64,000 bases of DNA from Harriotta raleighana. Taxonomy: Eukaryota. Every line of letters begins with the position of its first letter. Within the stretch, counting starts at the first letter, position 1. The stretch lies in the NCBI GenBank assembly GCA_050575255.1, contig JBNZDD010013686.1, forward strand, positions 2,913,286 to 2,977,285. The letters run 5' to 3'. The position numbers and the translations under genes were made by a program. The notes beneath the pieces were generated by a model, which searched no databases, was not told the DNA's origin, and worked only from the letters and a program-made list of their open reading frames with translations. This document shows, one piece after another, positions 1 through 13,299 of the stretch.

Positions 1-29
1 GACAGCAATCAGGAATGGGAACCTTAGGT

Positions 30-311
30 GGGAAGTCTTGTAGCTTAGGAACGCCTTGCCAGTGAGAAACCTGGATTCAATTCCAGACAGGGAAATGTTG
101 GGCGAGTTTCCTTACTCCACAGGCCTGATAATAATCCCTCAAAAAAAATCCATAATAAATTGGTCATTTCAATCCAGGACTGTTTGTGGGATACTATTGT
201 GCCCACTGGCTGCTGTGTTTCGCCCACAAATATTCACTCAATTCACTGTACAGCATATTCTATGAAGCACTTTGAGACATGGAAAGTGCTCTATTAAATG
301 CAAGGATTATT
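30..311 (+). mobile_element. tRNA-headed DeuSINE-type SINE (family 1), diverged
   Basis: Degenerate B box (ggattcaattcc), body tgtgggatactattgtgcccactggctgctg, tail tgaagcactttgagac...tgcaaggattatt shared with other copies; a minus-strand tail fragment follows at ~313-380. Confidence 0.8.
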
Positions 312-1255
312 GACGTCTCACAGCACTTCAGAGAATATACTGTGTAAAGTGAATTGACTGTATGTTTTGTGGGCGAAACAAAGTTGTTATTGTAAACTTT
401 CAAAATACAAAGAGGAAAAATAAACAGCCACTAACAATGAACATTGGAACCATGTCAACTGAGGTTCAATAAAAGCTTACCATTAATTCAATCATTGTAT
501 CTACATAAGGAATATAGGTCCATTGAAGTTAAATGGCTTTACTTTGCTGAGAGAAGGCAAACATTAATTATTATTGAAAAAACATTTTTAGCAGCTTTTT
601 AGTCCCCAGATCATAATGTCACATTGCTTGACCTTGACAAAGTTGCATGGAAATCTAGGAGTTGCATGCATTATAACTTTTTGTTCTTTTCACGACTAAT
701 AAACTTGTAGAATTGTCCTGTTTAATGAATAGTAAACAAGTTCTTTTTGAAAAAGAATACTTTTGTCATGCATCTTTTTAGTCTAACCAGTATGAATCGT
801 GTGACATTATCATCTGACCACACACACTGCGATTTATTTCTCCCTAGTAACATGCGGATTTTTAGCAGAACACATTCAATTTGAAATTTATTTGAGGTTA
901 TTGCAAATTATAATTTAAAGTAAAATATTAAAGGGCATTCCATGTCCTGAACATAATTTTTTGGGATTCTGGGTTTTCCTTACAAGGAGAACATAAGAAT
1001 TATTTGACTGACTTTATTTGGCACAAAGGACTTGCATTCCCAGTTAGTATTTGACAACAAGCTATTCCACAATAAAGAAAATCAAACATTTAGATGGATT
1101 GACAGCAAATAAATCTGTCTGAAATTAAGTGTTCTTTGCAAATCACAAGGTAGGTGACTGCAACTTTTAACATTTATTCAAAAATTGTATTTTGAAACAA
1201 ACCAGCCTTCTAATATTCTTTTGTTAACATTTTATTGTAGCCTTCTGTAACTCAG

Positions 1256-1560
1256 TGTGGAGACCTGTGGCTCAGTGTTTAAAGCAGTCACCTGACAAGT
1301 GAGAGACCTTGGTTCGATTCCCGGCAGGGCTAAACCTGTGCAAAGTTCCTTACACCTGATAATAATCCTTCAAAAAAAAATAAAGTTGGTCATTTCAATC
1401 CACGACTGCTCGGGGAAACACTGCTGTGTGCAATTGGCTGCTGCATTTCACCCACAAATATAGCCAATTTACTTTACAGTATATTCTGTGAAGCGGTTTG
1501 AGATATCTGGAAGACATGATAATGCACTATATCAAATGCAAGAATTATTATTATTGTTAT
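1256..1560 (+). mobile_element. SINE family 1, full length
   Basis: A box tggctcagtg, B box ggttcgattcc, DeuSINE-like ctgctgtgtgcaattggctgctgc segment, (tta)n tail. Confidence 0.9.
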
Positions 1561-3182
1561 CGTATTCTTATTGGAAGCCTTTTTGTAATGTAGTCAGTAA
1601 GATATAATAAAATATTAAAAACAAATCAGTCACTATGGTATACAACAATGAAATTCAATGAATAGAGATACAGTTTTCCAAATAATTCAGTAATTAATGA
1701 CTTTGATGTTCAGAAATGGTTTAAAAAGCCAATGAAGTGGAAACACAATCCTTTACCTTAAGTTTTGCTCATTCTGAAATTTGAAGCATCTGTGTAATTT
1801 TCCAATAATAATGAAATACAGATCTTATACGAAGCTACATTCGAGTGAGAGAGAGTCACGCTGATTTTTCCCACCAGTTATTATTCCATACAACCTCTAT
1901 CTGATGAGCATTTTTAAATGTCATTCTGTTGCAGAGACAACACGGGCAATTTTAACAATTTTATCCTCCATTCAAGTAATCGTAAATTGCACATTTCTAA
2001 GAAATGGATGAGATTAGAAATTGAAAGAAACAAGCACATTGTAATGAAAATACTCAACTTAATAGAGCAATTTTGGTTTCATCCCAGACATTAAATATAT
2101 CTTCTGTCGTAAGAAAGTATGATGTACTGCACAAGGGAATGAGCTACAGTGTGGGCATTTTCCACAATAGTCTCAGACAGTGCAGCTGAGCTCTTTGGAG
2201 TAGAGAGAGTCAGAAAGGGAATAAATCCAGATTTCCTTTACAGTGGTGGAAGGGTTAAGGCTGAACAACACAATAGGAGTGAAAGCAACACACTGAAATT
2301 AATTTTGAGTATGAATGTATTCATCCAGGGGTTGTATTTGTAAATAATAATAAAAAAAGATTATCATGCTGTTCTGTGCTCATTTACAATAGTGTTCACA
2401 AGCTTTTGATGCTATCTTTTACATTATTTTCTAGGTCCCTATTCATCATTTAAACACAGATTTTATGTAAGAATTGCATCAAATTATGAAAATATCAAAA
2501 GTCCTTGAAACCCACGATAAAGCAAAATTACAGATATTTTCTGTGAGCAATCCAGTGTACATTAAATGAAGGTAACGTGCATTACATTTACAGATTCAAC
2601 GATTTACACATTCAATGATGTTAAATATCATAGTTATTATTAATCATTACACTTCACATGGTGGAATAACAACGAACTGTGTGCACTGCTCATTAATCCT
2701 AGTTTTATAGAACATTTTATATTTTTTGACTTTCACAAACACTACTGGATGACCTCAAATGTAATAGTGTAGATTAATACTTTGTGCTTAAAGACAAATT
2801 AAATTGCTGTTGGAAATGAACAAGTGAAAATGCAAAGCAAAGATAATAGAATGAGGTTGAAATTCCACCCAACAGAAGGTCTAGCCTCTCAAGTATTGAA
2901 AGTTGGAACAGCAAAAGTCCTGAAATGAATCCTCAAAATGTAAATAACATGCCCATTCCATATGTGAAATATGTAAGATACATTCAACAATTCACTGCTA
3001 CTTATTTTGAACAATTTATCCCATACATGTGTTTTGAAAAGCTTTCGTATATTTCACAAACTCATGTTCACCTACAAATACCGAGTCAATACACATCACA
3101 ATAAAATTCTATGAAGCCCTTAGAGACATCCCGCCGATGTGAACGCACTACATCAATTGCAAAGATTATTATTGTTACATTT

Positions 3183-3499
3183 ATAATAATAATCCTTGCA
3201 TTTGATATAGTGCTTTTCACATCTTATCGACGACCCAAAGCGCTTCACAGAATATACTGTAAAGTGAATTGACTGTATATTTGTGGGCGGAATGCGGCAG
3301 CCAATTGCGCACAGCAGTGTCCCACAAACAGTCATGGATTGAAATGACCAATTTTATTATTGTGGTTATTTTGGAGGGATTATTATTAGGCATGTGGAGT
3401 AAGGAAACTTGCCCAAGGTTCGCCCTGATCTGCCTGCATTCGAAACAGATCTCATGCTTGTAAGGCGAGTGATCCAACCACTGAGCCACAGGAGTTCCA
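3183..3499 (-). mobile_element. SINE family 1, copy A (left boundary of triplication)
   Basis: Minus strand: A box TGGCTCAGTGG, B-box remnant TTCGAATGC, conserved body and (TTA)n tail; lies tail-to-tail with an older plus-strand tail at ~3110-3175. Confidence 0.9.
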
Positions 3500-3649
3500 T
3501 TTGACATGTATGTTGAATAAACTCAGTATTTTTTCAACAAGTTAAAATGACATCTTTCAACTAAATCCATAAAACAACAAAGTCATTGATTGTTGGTCTT
3601 AATTTAATTCCAGCAAAATATCTAACATCTTATACAAGGTTGCCCAACA

Positions 3650-3900
3650 GTGAAGCACTTGTACACAGTGTAGCTGAGCCACACAACTCAGGAAACACTT
3701 GGGTTTGATTCCCAGTCTGTGCTCAGATGACTGAGGTCAGTCAGCTTTGTCATAATAGGGGCCCTTTATCCAGACACTGCTGAATCAGAGTGAAAAACAA
3801 TCAAACAGCGTTACAACTCCTGATCACTGACCAATAACTCATGTTGAAAGGTGTGCATATTGGACATATAGGAAGTTTTTGCTTGTTTGTGTGGCCCCTC
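3650..3900 (+). mobile_element. Old SINE-like repeat (family 2); also at +4900 and +9800
   Basis: Motifs ctgagccacac...gggtttgattcccagtctgtgct...actcctgatcact...gtgtgcat recur degenerately at ~22.3k, 27.1k, 28.9-29.5k, 50.8k, 55.4k, 58.1k and 60.7k. Confidence 0.6.
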
Positions 3901-5093
3901 AGAATCACATTGTCTGCCACGATCAATCCTCAGAAACAAAGAATGGCTTTTAGGGCAGACCCTGCTATCACAATATACTCTAGCATGAGTCACTGTCTGC
4001 AGGAGATAAATGAAGAAAATTGGTGGCAAAATATAAACTGAACTCTAAGTAAGAAATATTAATATTTTCAAATATATCGAGACAATAAAATGCTAAACTC
4101 ACATTCATCGCTGGAATAACTTGACATCATAATCTACAAATTTAATCATGTGTCATTCTTTCCTATGGTTCAGTACATCATAGACTATATCCACAGGTTT
4201 TAAATTTAAATCAAGTCATGTTTGTTGGTTTGATCCCTGTTCAGTGTCAGCATCATAGTTTTTTCCCTTTCCAGTGTTCCATCATTAGAAATATATGTTG
4301 GATTTAAAACCTTTTTTGCTATGGTTAAGGTTTTCAACAACTTCAGATGCAATTTCAAAAACATTTGTGTTGATTAAATATATAGTCTATTGAAAAGAGC
4401 ATCTTTTCATAACTGGTATCCTCCTTAAGAATTTCGCTTCAGGTGCAATTATTTTTCAGCAACTGAGTCCAAAATGGGTTTCAATCAATTTTAGATTTTA
4501 TGAAATTTTAAGCACAGTAATAGGGTTGGCCCTTTTTTGAGGTTAAGAAGAACAAGAAGAGAAGCCCCACAAGAAGAAAACCTACATTTTCTTCTGCAGA
4601 GAAAAGCTATTCCATACAGTGTTTTAACAAATAAAACTTAGAGGAAGTAAATATACCACATTTGTACAGGATTTATATCAAGGACTTTTGTTTAAAACTA
4701 TATTTGGAAAAATGCATTTGAGAACAGTAAGAACATATTTTTTAAAAAATGATTTTTAACAGCCTTGAAACATTCTTGACACTTACATTCATCATACAAA
4801 GATTACAACCTGGACTTGACGGGATTTGATAAAATTCACATACACGTTGGGAATAATTGTTTCTGAACATTCATGCTTTTTTGAGGTAAAGTAGATCACC
4901 AAATCTGTCTATTTATCACATTTTGATTGTCCACATATATTATTCTATCTTTTTCCTTCCCCCTCTTTTCTTTAAATGACTGTCTATGTTATATCTACAA
5001 CAAATTCACTTTGAACATTTGCTCCGTATCCATCTGAAACTAATGGCTTCAAACTTCTTACTACACACATAGCTGACAGTTCTTGTCAACTAC

Positions 5094-5244
5094 CTTTGTG
5101 AATGGATCTTTATTCTGAATGACTCTGTCCACATAGCCTTGAGCACTGGCGTCTCATCATTGGGGCAATTTCTATGAAATTTAACTGCAGAAATATGAGC
5201 ATATTCTTTGCAAAGCTTATTTTGAACAAAAAATCCTGGTTGGT
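5094..5244 (-). CDS. Candidate internal coding exon, 151 nt, phase 1->2: (D)QPGFFVQNKLCKEYAHISAVKFHRNCPNDETPVLKAMWTESFRIKIHSQ(R); gene unidentified
   Basis: Acceptor ctcttcAG, donor AAG/GTAGTT, only one of three frames open, non-repetitive peptide; no homology recognised. Confidence 0.3.
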
Positions 5245-6361
5245 CTGAAGAGATGCATTTATTTTCTGATCCTACATATGACATATTTATTTAAAAATGG
5301 GTTACTGTAGATTTGATCTGTACAATACTTCTTTGAAAACGTGGCATAAATCTGCAACTGTTTTAGGAACAAATGATTCATTTCCACGACTATTATATTA
5401 AACAATTAGCAAAAATAGGCTATTTAACCAATGTCAACCAGTGACTATCACAGAAAATGGGAACAATCTACAGATCAATTTCATTAGTCCCCGTAAATGG
5501 TCTACATGTTTATTGCAATGCAGCCATGCATTTCCACAATAGTGTATTAGTGGAGCTGCTTTTTATTTTTCTAAAGAGATTTGATTGAAAGCAATTGTTC
5601 AAAGCATGGAAATAGTATTCTAAGGTCTGTGAATGAAGGCTCAGTTTGAAAAGTCATTAACTGTTCATATACCACAGGATGTTCAATTAACTTATGCATA
5701 TTACATAGTTGTATAGTTTTACACCTGGGCATGGTTCCATTGGAATTGGTTTGATATTTCATGGGCTTCTCAAAGTCATGATAAATCCTTTATTCACAAC
5801 TCTGTGAAAGCTCTGAATCTGGATCGAGACTATACCTTGAAATAAAGTCGAACAATATGAAAGTTTCAAATGAAGGACATAAATAACATTGCCTTCATTA
5901 TTTCCCATATCCTGGAGGTAAATGTTTAAATTACAGCACCATGAGGTGATGGGTTACCTGATTTATAACCCAGTGACATTTGCAACATTATACTGCTTTT
6001 AAATCAGTAATAGAAGTGATACTCGTAGAACATAGCAAGTAAACAAATATGACCTAGTTATATAGCTCTCGGTGAGATACAAATACTTCTTTCTGTTTAG
6101 TTGGCTCCATTGTTTTCTCATGCTATGTTGCATTAGTATAAATATTACCATCAAGCAAAAACAATATCGATGAGTATTGAATGCATGCTGTCCCCCTCCC
6201 CAAGACAGACAGATTTCCATAACTAGATTCTTACACAAGCACCACCACAACTGGTGAATGGAGTCTAAACTGAGGTGATGAGATAAGAAAAGAGATGGTG
6301 GGGGGGGGGAGGGAAAGGGGAGGAGTCAAAAGGTGCAGCAGCCACATTCGCAAGCATCACT

Positions 6362-6625
6362 AACTCCATCCCGCAATTCCTTCACCTCGCTTCCTCCCTT
6401 GCTTCCTTTAAGGCCTGTCTCAAGACCCTCCTCTTCGATCGTGCCTTCTACCGCCCTCCCAACTCTCTCCCTGCCCTCCTCTCCTCCCTACTCTGCCTCT
6501 CCCCCTCATCATGTCCCGACCTGACTGTTCAGTGCCTTGGGACGTCCTCCCGACGTGAAGGGCGCTCTATAAATGTAATTTTGTTGCTGTTGTTGTTATT
6601 GTTGTGTTGTTGTTGCTGTTGTTGT
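6362..6625 (+). mobile_element. L2 LINE 3' end (5'-truncated)
   Basis: Encodes NSIPQFLHLASSLASFKACLKTLLFDRAF, typical of the L2 ORF2 C-terminus; then pyrimidine-rich UTR, gggacgtcctcccgacgtgaagggcgctctataaat and (gtt)n tail. Confidence 0.85.
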
Positions 6626-8071
6626 AACTACATGACAACCAGCAAAAACCCTCTTTGTTGCTGGTAACTATGTGAAACTAAATTAAATGTGTCTGGTTTG
6701 AAACCTTGTTGTAAGGACCCAATAAATAACATGATACAGCACCACAAACAACTTGTTACACAGCACCCTGCTGTATGTATTGAGAGAGCACAAGTACACA
6801 ATGACTTGATAGTTGAGTGGCCTGGAAGCTCTTTTCACACTGCTATGATTTCAGGGTTGAGGTGCAGTATTGACTAACCACAAGTAGCGTTGTACCCTCT
6901 GGATGGGAAGTTTTGAATGCAATAACTTCTCACCCAGAAGAAGAAGATAAATTGTTTGCTTCTTGTCTCATGGTGGCCAATCACAGCAATGTCCCACAAA
7001 CCACCCAAACAATTAGGTTTCGGAAAAACTGCAGCCCACATATAAATATTAATTGTTACAGATTTTAATTGCCACTGCATAATTTGAATAGGAAACAAAG
7101 CCCAACAAATCCAATCGCATGTGAAAGCAATTACAATCCCCAATTCCCAAAAAATAATATGTGGAAAAATATTTTGTTTTCTGGGCGAGGGGCAAAAATA
7201 AAGAAAAGAGACATTGAAGCATTTGACTTATTTAGAAATGAGAAACGTGCCTGGGAAAGTCATAAATACCAGGAAGCTACAAGGCAGACAGATTATTCTA
7301 AGGCTGGGCAAGCTCAACACGGAAGATATGGGTGGATTGTCAATCATGTCAACTTGTTAACGTAATGGCTGTGGCAGGGCTAACAAGCAGAAAAATCACC
7401 AAGGGGTGAGAACAGCATGACACAAAAGATAAACGTGCCAAGGAATGACAATGAGAACATGCGCAAAGTTTAGTACTACAGGAAGCAATGATTTTCTTTT
7501 CATTGTCTGCTTCTAAAGCCTTAAAGTAGTACAGTTTACAAGCTGAGCACACTTCGCTCTTTGTTTTTTTGTCGGGAGTCGCTTTTTTGTTTGAAATAAA
7601 ATGTCTTTCTAAAGTACTTTCTCCCCAATTTTCATTTCCAATGCTGATGTGTACAAATGCAATACTTTCAACTCTCCAGACATGGTTAATGCTTTTGATT
7701 CTTGTTGCAGTGACTCTTATTGAAAGTGCTTGTGGGGGATCATAGGTGAGGACATGGTTGGCTTTTGCTCTGAAACCACCCTCTCCGAATTTATTAGGAA
7801 TGAATCTGATTGCAAGGTGTTGGAAGAATGCTGCTGCCTTTGGAGCTGCACTCTAGCACATGAACCATCTAGCGACACACTGTGCAAATAAAAGCTGGTA
7901 ACAATTTTGACATTGCTGTTGAAGCACTGGATGAGTATCTTTGCTCAGCCCCATAATGTCGTCACTTACTGGCATAATGTATGAACTTTCAGATAGAGGG
8001 TCACTGTTTGTGATCAGGACTGGCTGGAATTTGCCTTCAATAGCCCATGCAATGCTGAAGTAATGTCAATG

Positions 8072-8399
8072 TAATAATAATAATAATAATAATCCTTGTA
8101 TTTGATATAGCGCTTTTCACATCTTATCGACGTCCCAAAGCGCTTCACAGAGTATACTGTAAAGTGAATTGACTGTATATTTGTGGGCGGAATGCGGCAG
8201 CCAATTGCGCACAGCAGTGTCCCACAAACAGTCATGGATTGAAATGACCAATTTTATTATTGTGGTTATTTTGGAGGGATTATTATTAGGCATGTGGAGT
8301 AAGGAAACTTGCCCAAGGTTCGCCCTGATCTGCCTGCATTCGAAACAGATCTCATGCTTGTAAGGCGAGTGATCCAACCACTGAGCCACAGGAGTTCCA
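8072..8399 (-). mobile_element. SINE family 1, copy B (junction of units 1 and 2)
   Basis: Tail matches copy D, extreme 5' end and following flank match copy A. Confidence 0.9.
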
Positions 8400-9993
8400 T
8401 TTGACATGTATGTTGAATAAACTCAGTATTTTTTCAACAAGTTAAAATGACATCTTTCAACTAAATCCATAAAACAACAAAGTCATTGATTGTCGGTCTT
8501 AATTTAATTCCAGCAAAATATCTAACATCTTATACAAGGTTGCCCAACAGTGAAGCACTTGTACACAGTGTAGCTGAGCCACACAACTCAGGAAACACTT
8601 GGGTTTGATTCCCAGTCTGTGCTCAGATGACTGAGGTCAGTCAGCTTTGTCATAATAGGGGCCCTTTATCCACACACTGCTGAATCAGAGTGAAAAACAA
8701 TCAAACAGCGTTACAACTCCTGATCACTGACCAATAACTCGTGTTGAAAGGTGTGCATATTGGACATATAGGAAGTTTTTGCTTGTTTGTGTGGCCCCTC
8801 AGAATCACATTGTCTGCCACGATCAATCCTCAGAAACAAAGAATGGCTTTTAGGGCAGACCCTGCTATCACAATATACTCTAGCATGAGTCACTGTCTGC
8901 AGGAGATAAATGAAGAAAATTGGTGGCAAAATATAAACTGAACTCTAAGTAAGAAATATTAATATTTTCAAATATATCGAGACAATAAAATGCTAAACTC
9001 ACATTCATCGCTGGAATAACTTGACATCATAATCTACAAATTTAATCATGTGTCATTCTTTCCTATGGTTCAGTACATCATAGACTATATCCACAGGTTT
9101 TAAATTTAAATCAAGTCATGTTTGTTGGTTTGATCCCTGTTCAGTGTCAGCATCATAGTTTTTTCCCTTTCCAGTGTTCCATCATTAGAAATATATGTTG
9201 GATTTAAAACCTTTTTTGCTATGGTTAAGGTTTTCAACAACTTCAGATGCAATTTCAAAAACATTTGTGTTGATTAAATATATAGTCTATTGAAAAGAGC
9301 ATCTTTTCATAACTGGTATCCTCCTTAAGAATTTCGCTTCAGGTGCAATTATTTTTCAGCAACTGAGTCCAAAATGGGTTTCAATCAATTTTAGATTTTA
9401 TGAAATTTTAAGCACAGTAATAGGGTTGGCCCTTTTTTGAGGTTAAGAAGAACAAGAAGAGAAGCCCCACAAGAAGAAAACCTACATTTTCTTCTGCAGA
9501 GAAAAGCTATTCCATACAGTGTTTTAACAAATAAAACTTAGAGGAAGTAAATATACCACATTTGTACAGGATTTATATCAAGGACTTTTGTTTAAAACTA
9601 TATTTGGAAAAATGCATTTGAGAACAGTAAGAACATATTTTTAAAAAAATGATTTTTAACAGCCTTGAAACATTCTTGACACTTACATTCATCATACAAA
9701 GATTACAACCTGGACTTGACGGGATTTGATAAAATTCACATACTCGTTGGGAATAATTGTTTCTGAACATTCATGCTTTTTTGAGGTAAAGTAGATCACC
9801 AAATCTGTCTATTTATCACATTTTGATTGTCCACATATATTATTCTATCTTTTTCCTTCCCCCTCTTTTCTTTAAATGACTGTCTATGTTATATCTACAA
9901 CAAATTCACTTTGAACATTTGCTCCGTATCCATCTGAAACTAATGGCTTCAAACTTCTTACTACACACATAGCTGACAGTTCTTGTCAACTAC

Positions 9994-10144
9994 CTTTGTG
10001 AATGGATCTTTATTCTGAATGACTCTGTCCACATAGCCTTGAGCACTGGCGTCTCATCATTGGGGCAATTTCTATGAAATTTAACTGCAGAAATATGAGC
10101 ATATTCTTTGCAAAGCTTATTTTGAACAAAAAATCCTGGTTGGT
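9994..10144 (-). CDS. Second copy of candidate 151-nt exon
   Basis: Identical to 5094-5244. Confidence 0.3.
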
Positions 10145-11261
10145 CTGAAGAGATGCATTTATTTTCTGATCCTACATGTGACATATTTATTTAAAAATGG
10201 GTTACTGTAGATTTGATCTGTACAATACTTCTTTGAAAACGTGGCATAAATCTGCAACTGTTTTAGGAACAAATGATTCATTTCCACGACTATTATATTA
10301 AACAATTAGCAAAAATAGGCTATTTAACCAATGTCAACCAGTGACTATCACAGAAAATGGGAACAATCTACAGATCAATTTCATTAGTCCCCGTAAATGG
10401 TCTACATGTTTATTGCAATGCAGCCATGCATTTCCACAATAGTGTATTAGTGGAGCTGCTTTTTATTTTTCTAAAGAGATTTGATTGAAAGCAATTGTTC
10501 AAAGCATGGAAATAGTATTCTAAGGTCTGTGAATGAAGGCTCAGTTTGAAAAGTCATTAACTGTTCATATACCACAGGATGTTCAATTAACTTATGCATA
10601 TTACATAGTTGTATAGTTTTACACCTGGGCATGGTTCCATTGGAATTGGTTTGATATTTCATGGGCTTCTCAAAGTCATGATAAATCCTTTATTCACAAC
10701 TCTGTGAAAGCTCTGAATCTGGATCGAGACTATACCTTGAAATAAAGTCGAACAATATGAAAGTTTCAAATGAAGGACATAAATAACATTGCCTTCATTA
10801 TTTCCCATATCCTGGAGGTAAATGTTTAAATTACAGCACCATGAGGTGATGGGTTACCTGATTTATAACCCAGTGACATTTGCAACATTATACTGCTTTT
10901 AAATCAGTAATAGAAGTGATACTCGTAGAACATAGCAAGTAAACAAATATGACCTAGTTATATAGCTCTCGGTGAGATACAAATACTTCTTTCTGTTTAG
11001 TTGGCTCCATTGTTTTCTCATGCTATGTTGCATTAGTATAAATATTACCATCAAGCAAAAACAATATCGATGAGTATTGAATGCATGCTGTCCCCCTCCC
11101 CAAGACAGACAGATTTCCATAACTAGATTCTTACACAAGCACCACCACAACTGGTGAATGGAGTCTAAACTGAGGTGATGAGATAAGAAAAGAGATGGTG
11201 GGGGGGGGGAGGGAAAGGGGAGGAGTCAAAAGGTGCAGCAGCCACATTCGCAAGCATCACT

Positions 11262-11525
11262 AACTCCATCCCGCAATTCCTTCACCTCGCTTCCTCCCTT
11301 GCTTCCTTTAAGGCCTGTCTCAAGACCCTCCTCTTCGATCGTGCCTTCTACCGCCCTCCCAACTCTCTCCCTGCCCTCCTCTCCTCCCTACTCTGCCTCT
11401 CCCCCTCATCATGTCCCGACCTGACTGTTCAGTGCCTTGGGACGTCCTCCCGACGTGAAGGGCGCTCTATAAATGTAATTTTGTTGCTGTTGTTGTTATT
11501 GTTGTGTTGTTGTTGCTGTTGTTGT
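11262..11525 (+). mobile_element. L2 LINE 3' end, unit 2 copy
   Basis: Identical to 6362-6625. Confidence 0.85.
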
Positions 11526-12971
11526 AACTACATGACAACCAGCAAAAACCCTCTTTGTTGCTGGTAACTATGTGAAACTAAATTAAATGTGTCTGGTTTG
11601 AAACCTTGTTGTAAGGACCCAATAAATAACATGATACAGCACCACAAACAACTTGTTACACAGCACCCTGCTGTATGTATTGAGAGAGCACAAGTACACA
11701 ATGACTTGATAGTTGAGTGGCCTGGAAGCTCTTTTCACACTGCTATGATTTCAGGGTTGAGGTGCAGTATTGACTAACCACAAGTAGCGTTGTACCCTCT
11801 GGATGGGAAGTTTTGAATGCAATAACTTCTCACCCAGAAGAAGAAGATAAATTGTTTGCTTCTTGTCTCATGGTGGCCAATCACAGCAATGTCCCACAAA
11901 CCACCCAAACAATTAGGTTTCGGAAAAACTGCAGCCCACATATAAATATTAATTGTTACAGATTTTAATTGCCACTGCATAATTTGAATAGGAAACAAAG
12001 CCCAACAAATCCAATCGCATGTGAAAGCAATTACAATCCCCAATTCCCAAAAAATAATATGTGGAAAAATATTTTGTTTTCTGGGCGAGGGGCAAAAATA
12101 AAGAAAAGAGACATTGAAGCATTTGACTTATTTAGAAATGAGAAACGTGCCTGGGAAAGTCATAAATACCAGGAAGCTACAAGGCAGACAGATTATTCTA
12201 AGGCTGGGCAAGCTCAACACGGAAGATATGGGTGGATTGTCAATCATGTCAACTTGTTAACGTAATGGCTGTGGCAGGGCTAACAAGCAGAAAAATCACC
12301 AAGGGGTGAGAACAGCATGACACAAAAGATAAACGTGCCAAGGAATGACAATGAGAACATGCGCAAAGTTTAGTACTACAGGAAGCAATGATTTTCTTTT
12401 CATTGTCTGCTTCTAAAGCCTTAAAGTAGTACAGTTTACAAGCTGAGCACACTTCGCTCTTTGTTTTTTTGTCGGGAGTCGCTTTTTTGTTTGAAATAAA
12501 ATGTCTTTCTAAAGTACTTTCTCCCCAATTTTCATTTCCAATGCTGATGTGTACAAATGCAATACTTTCAACTCTCCAGACATGGTTAATGCTTTTGATT
12601 CTTGTTGCAGTGACTCTTATTGAAAGTGCTTGTGGGGGATCATAGGTGAGGACATGGTTGGCTTTTGCTCTGAAACCACCCTCTCCGAATTTATTAGGAA
12701 TGAATCTGATTGCAAGGTGTTGGAAGAATGCTGCTGCCTTTGGAGCTGCACTCTAGCACATGAACCATCTAGCGACACACTGTGCAAATAAAAGCTGGTA
12801 ACAATTTTGACATTGCTGTTGAAGCACTGGATGAGTATCTTTGCTCAGCCCCATAATGTCGTCACTTACTGGCATAATGTATGAACTTTCAGATAGAGGG
12901 TCACTGTTTGTGATCAGGACTGGCTGGAATTTGCCTTCAATAGCCCATGCAATGCTGAAGTAATGTCAATG

Positions 12972-13299
12972 TAATAATAATAATAATAATAATCCTTGTA
13001 TTTGATATAGCGCTTTTCACATCTTATCGACGTCCCAAAGCGCTTCACAGAGTATACTGTAAAGTGAATTGACTGTATATTTGTGGGCGGAATGCGGCAG
13101 CCAATTGCGCACAGCAGTGTCCCACAAACAGTCATGGATTGAAATGACCAATTTTATTATTGTGGTTATTTTGGAGGGATTATTATTAGGCATGTGGAGT
13201 AAGGAAACTTGCCCAAGGTTCGCCCTGATCTGCCTGCATTCGAAACAGATCTCATGCTTGTAAGGCGAGTGATCCAACCACTGAGCCACAGGAGTTCCA
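12972..13299 (-). mobile_element. SINE family 1, copy C (junction of units 2 and 3)
   Basis: Identical to copy B. Confidence 0.9.

Noticed and set aside
3153-3507. ORFs such as MSNGTPVAQWLDHSPYK... recurring at many loci
   Set aside because: They are translations of SINE family 1, not genes
5715-5845. Trp-rich plus-strand frame FYTWAWFHWNWFDISW...
   Set aside because: Short, stop-terminated, weak splice context and no recognisable family
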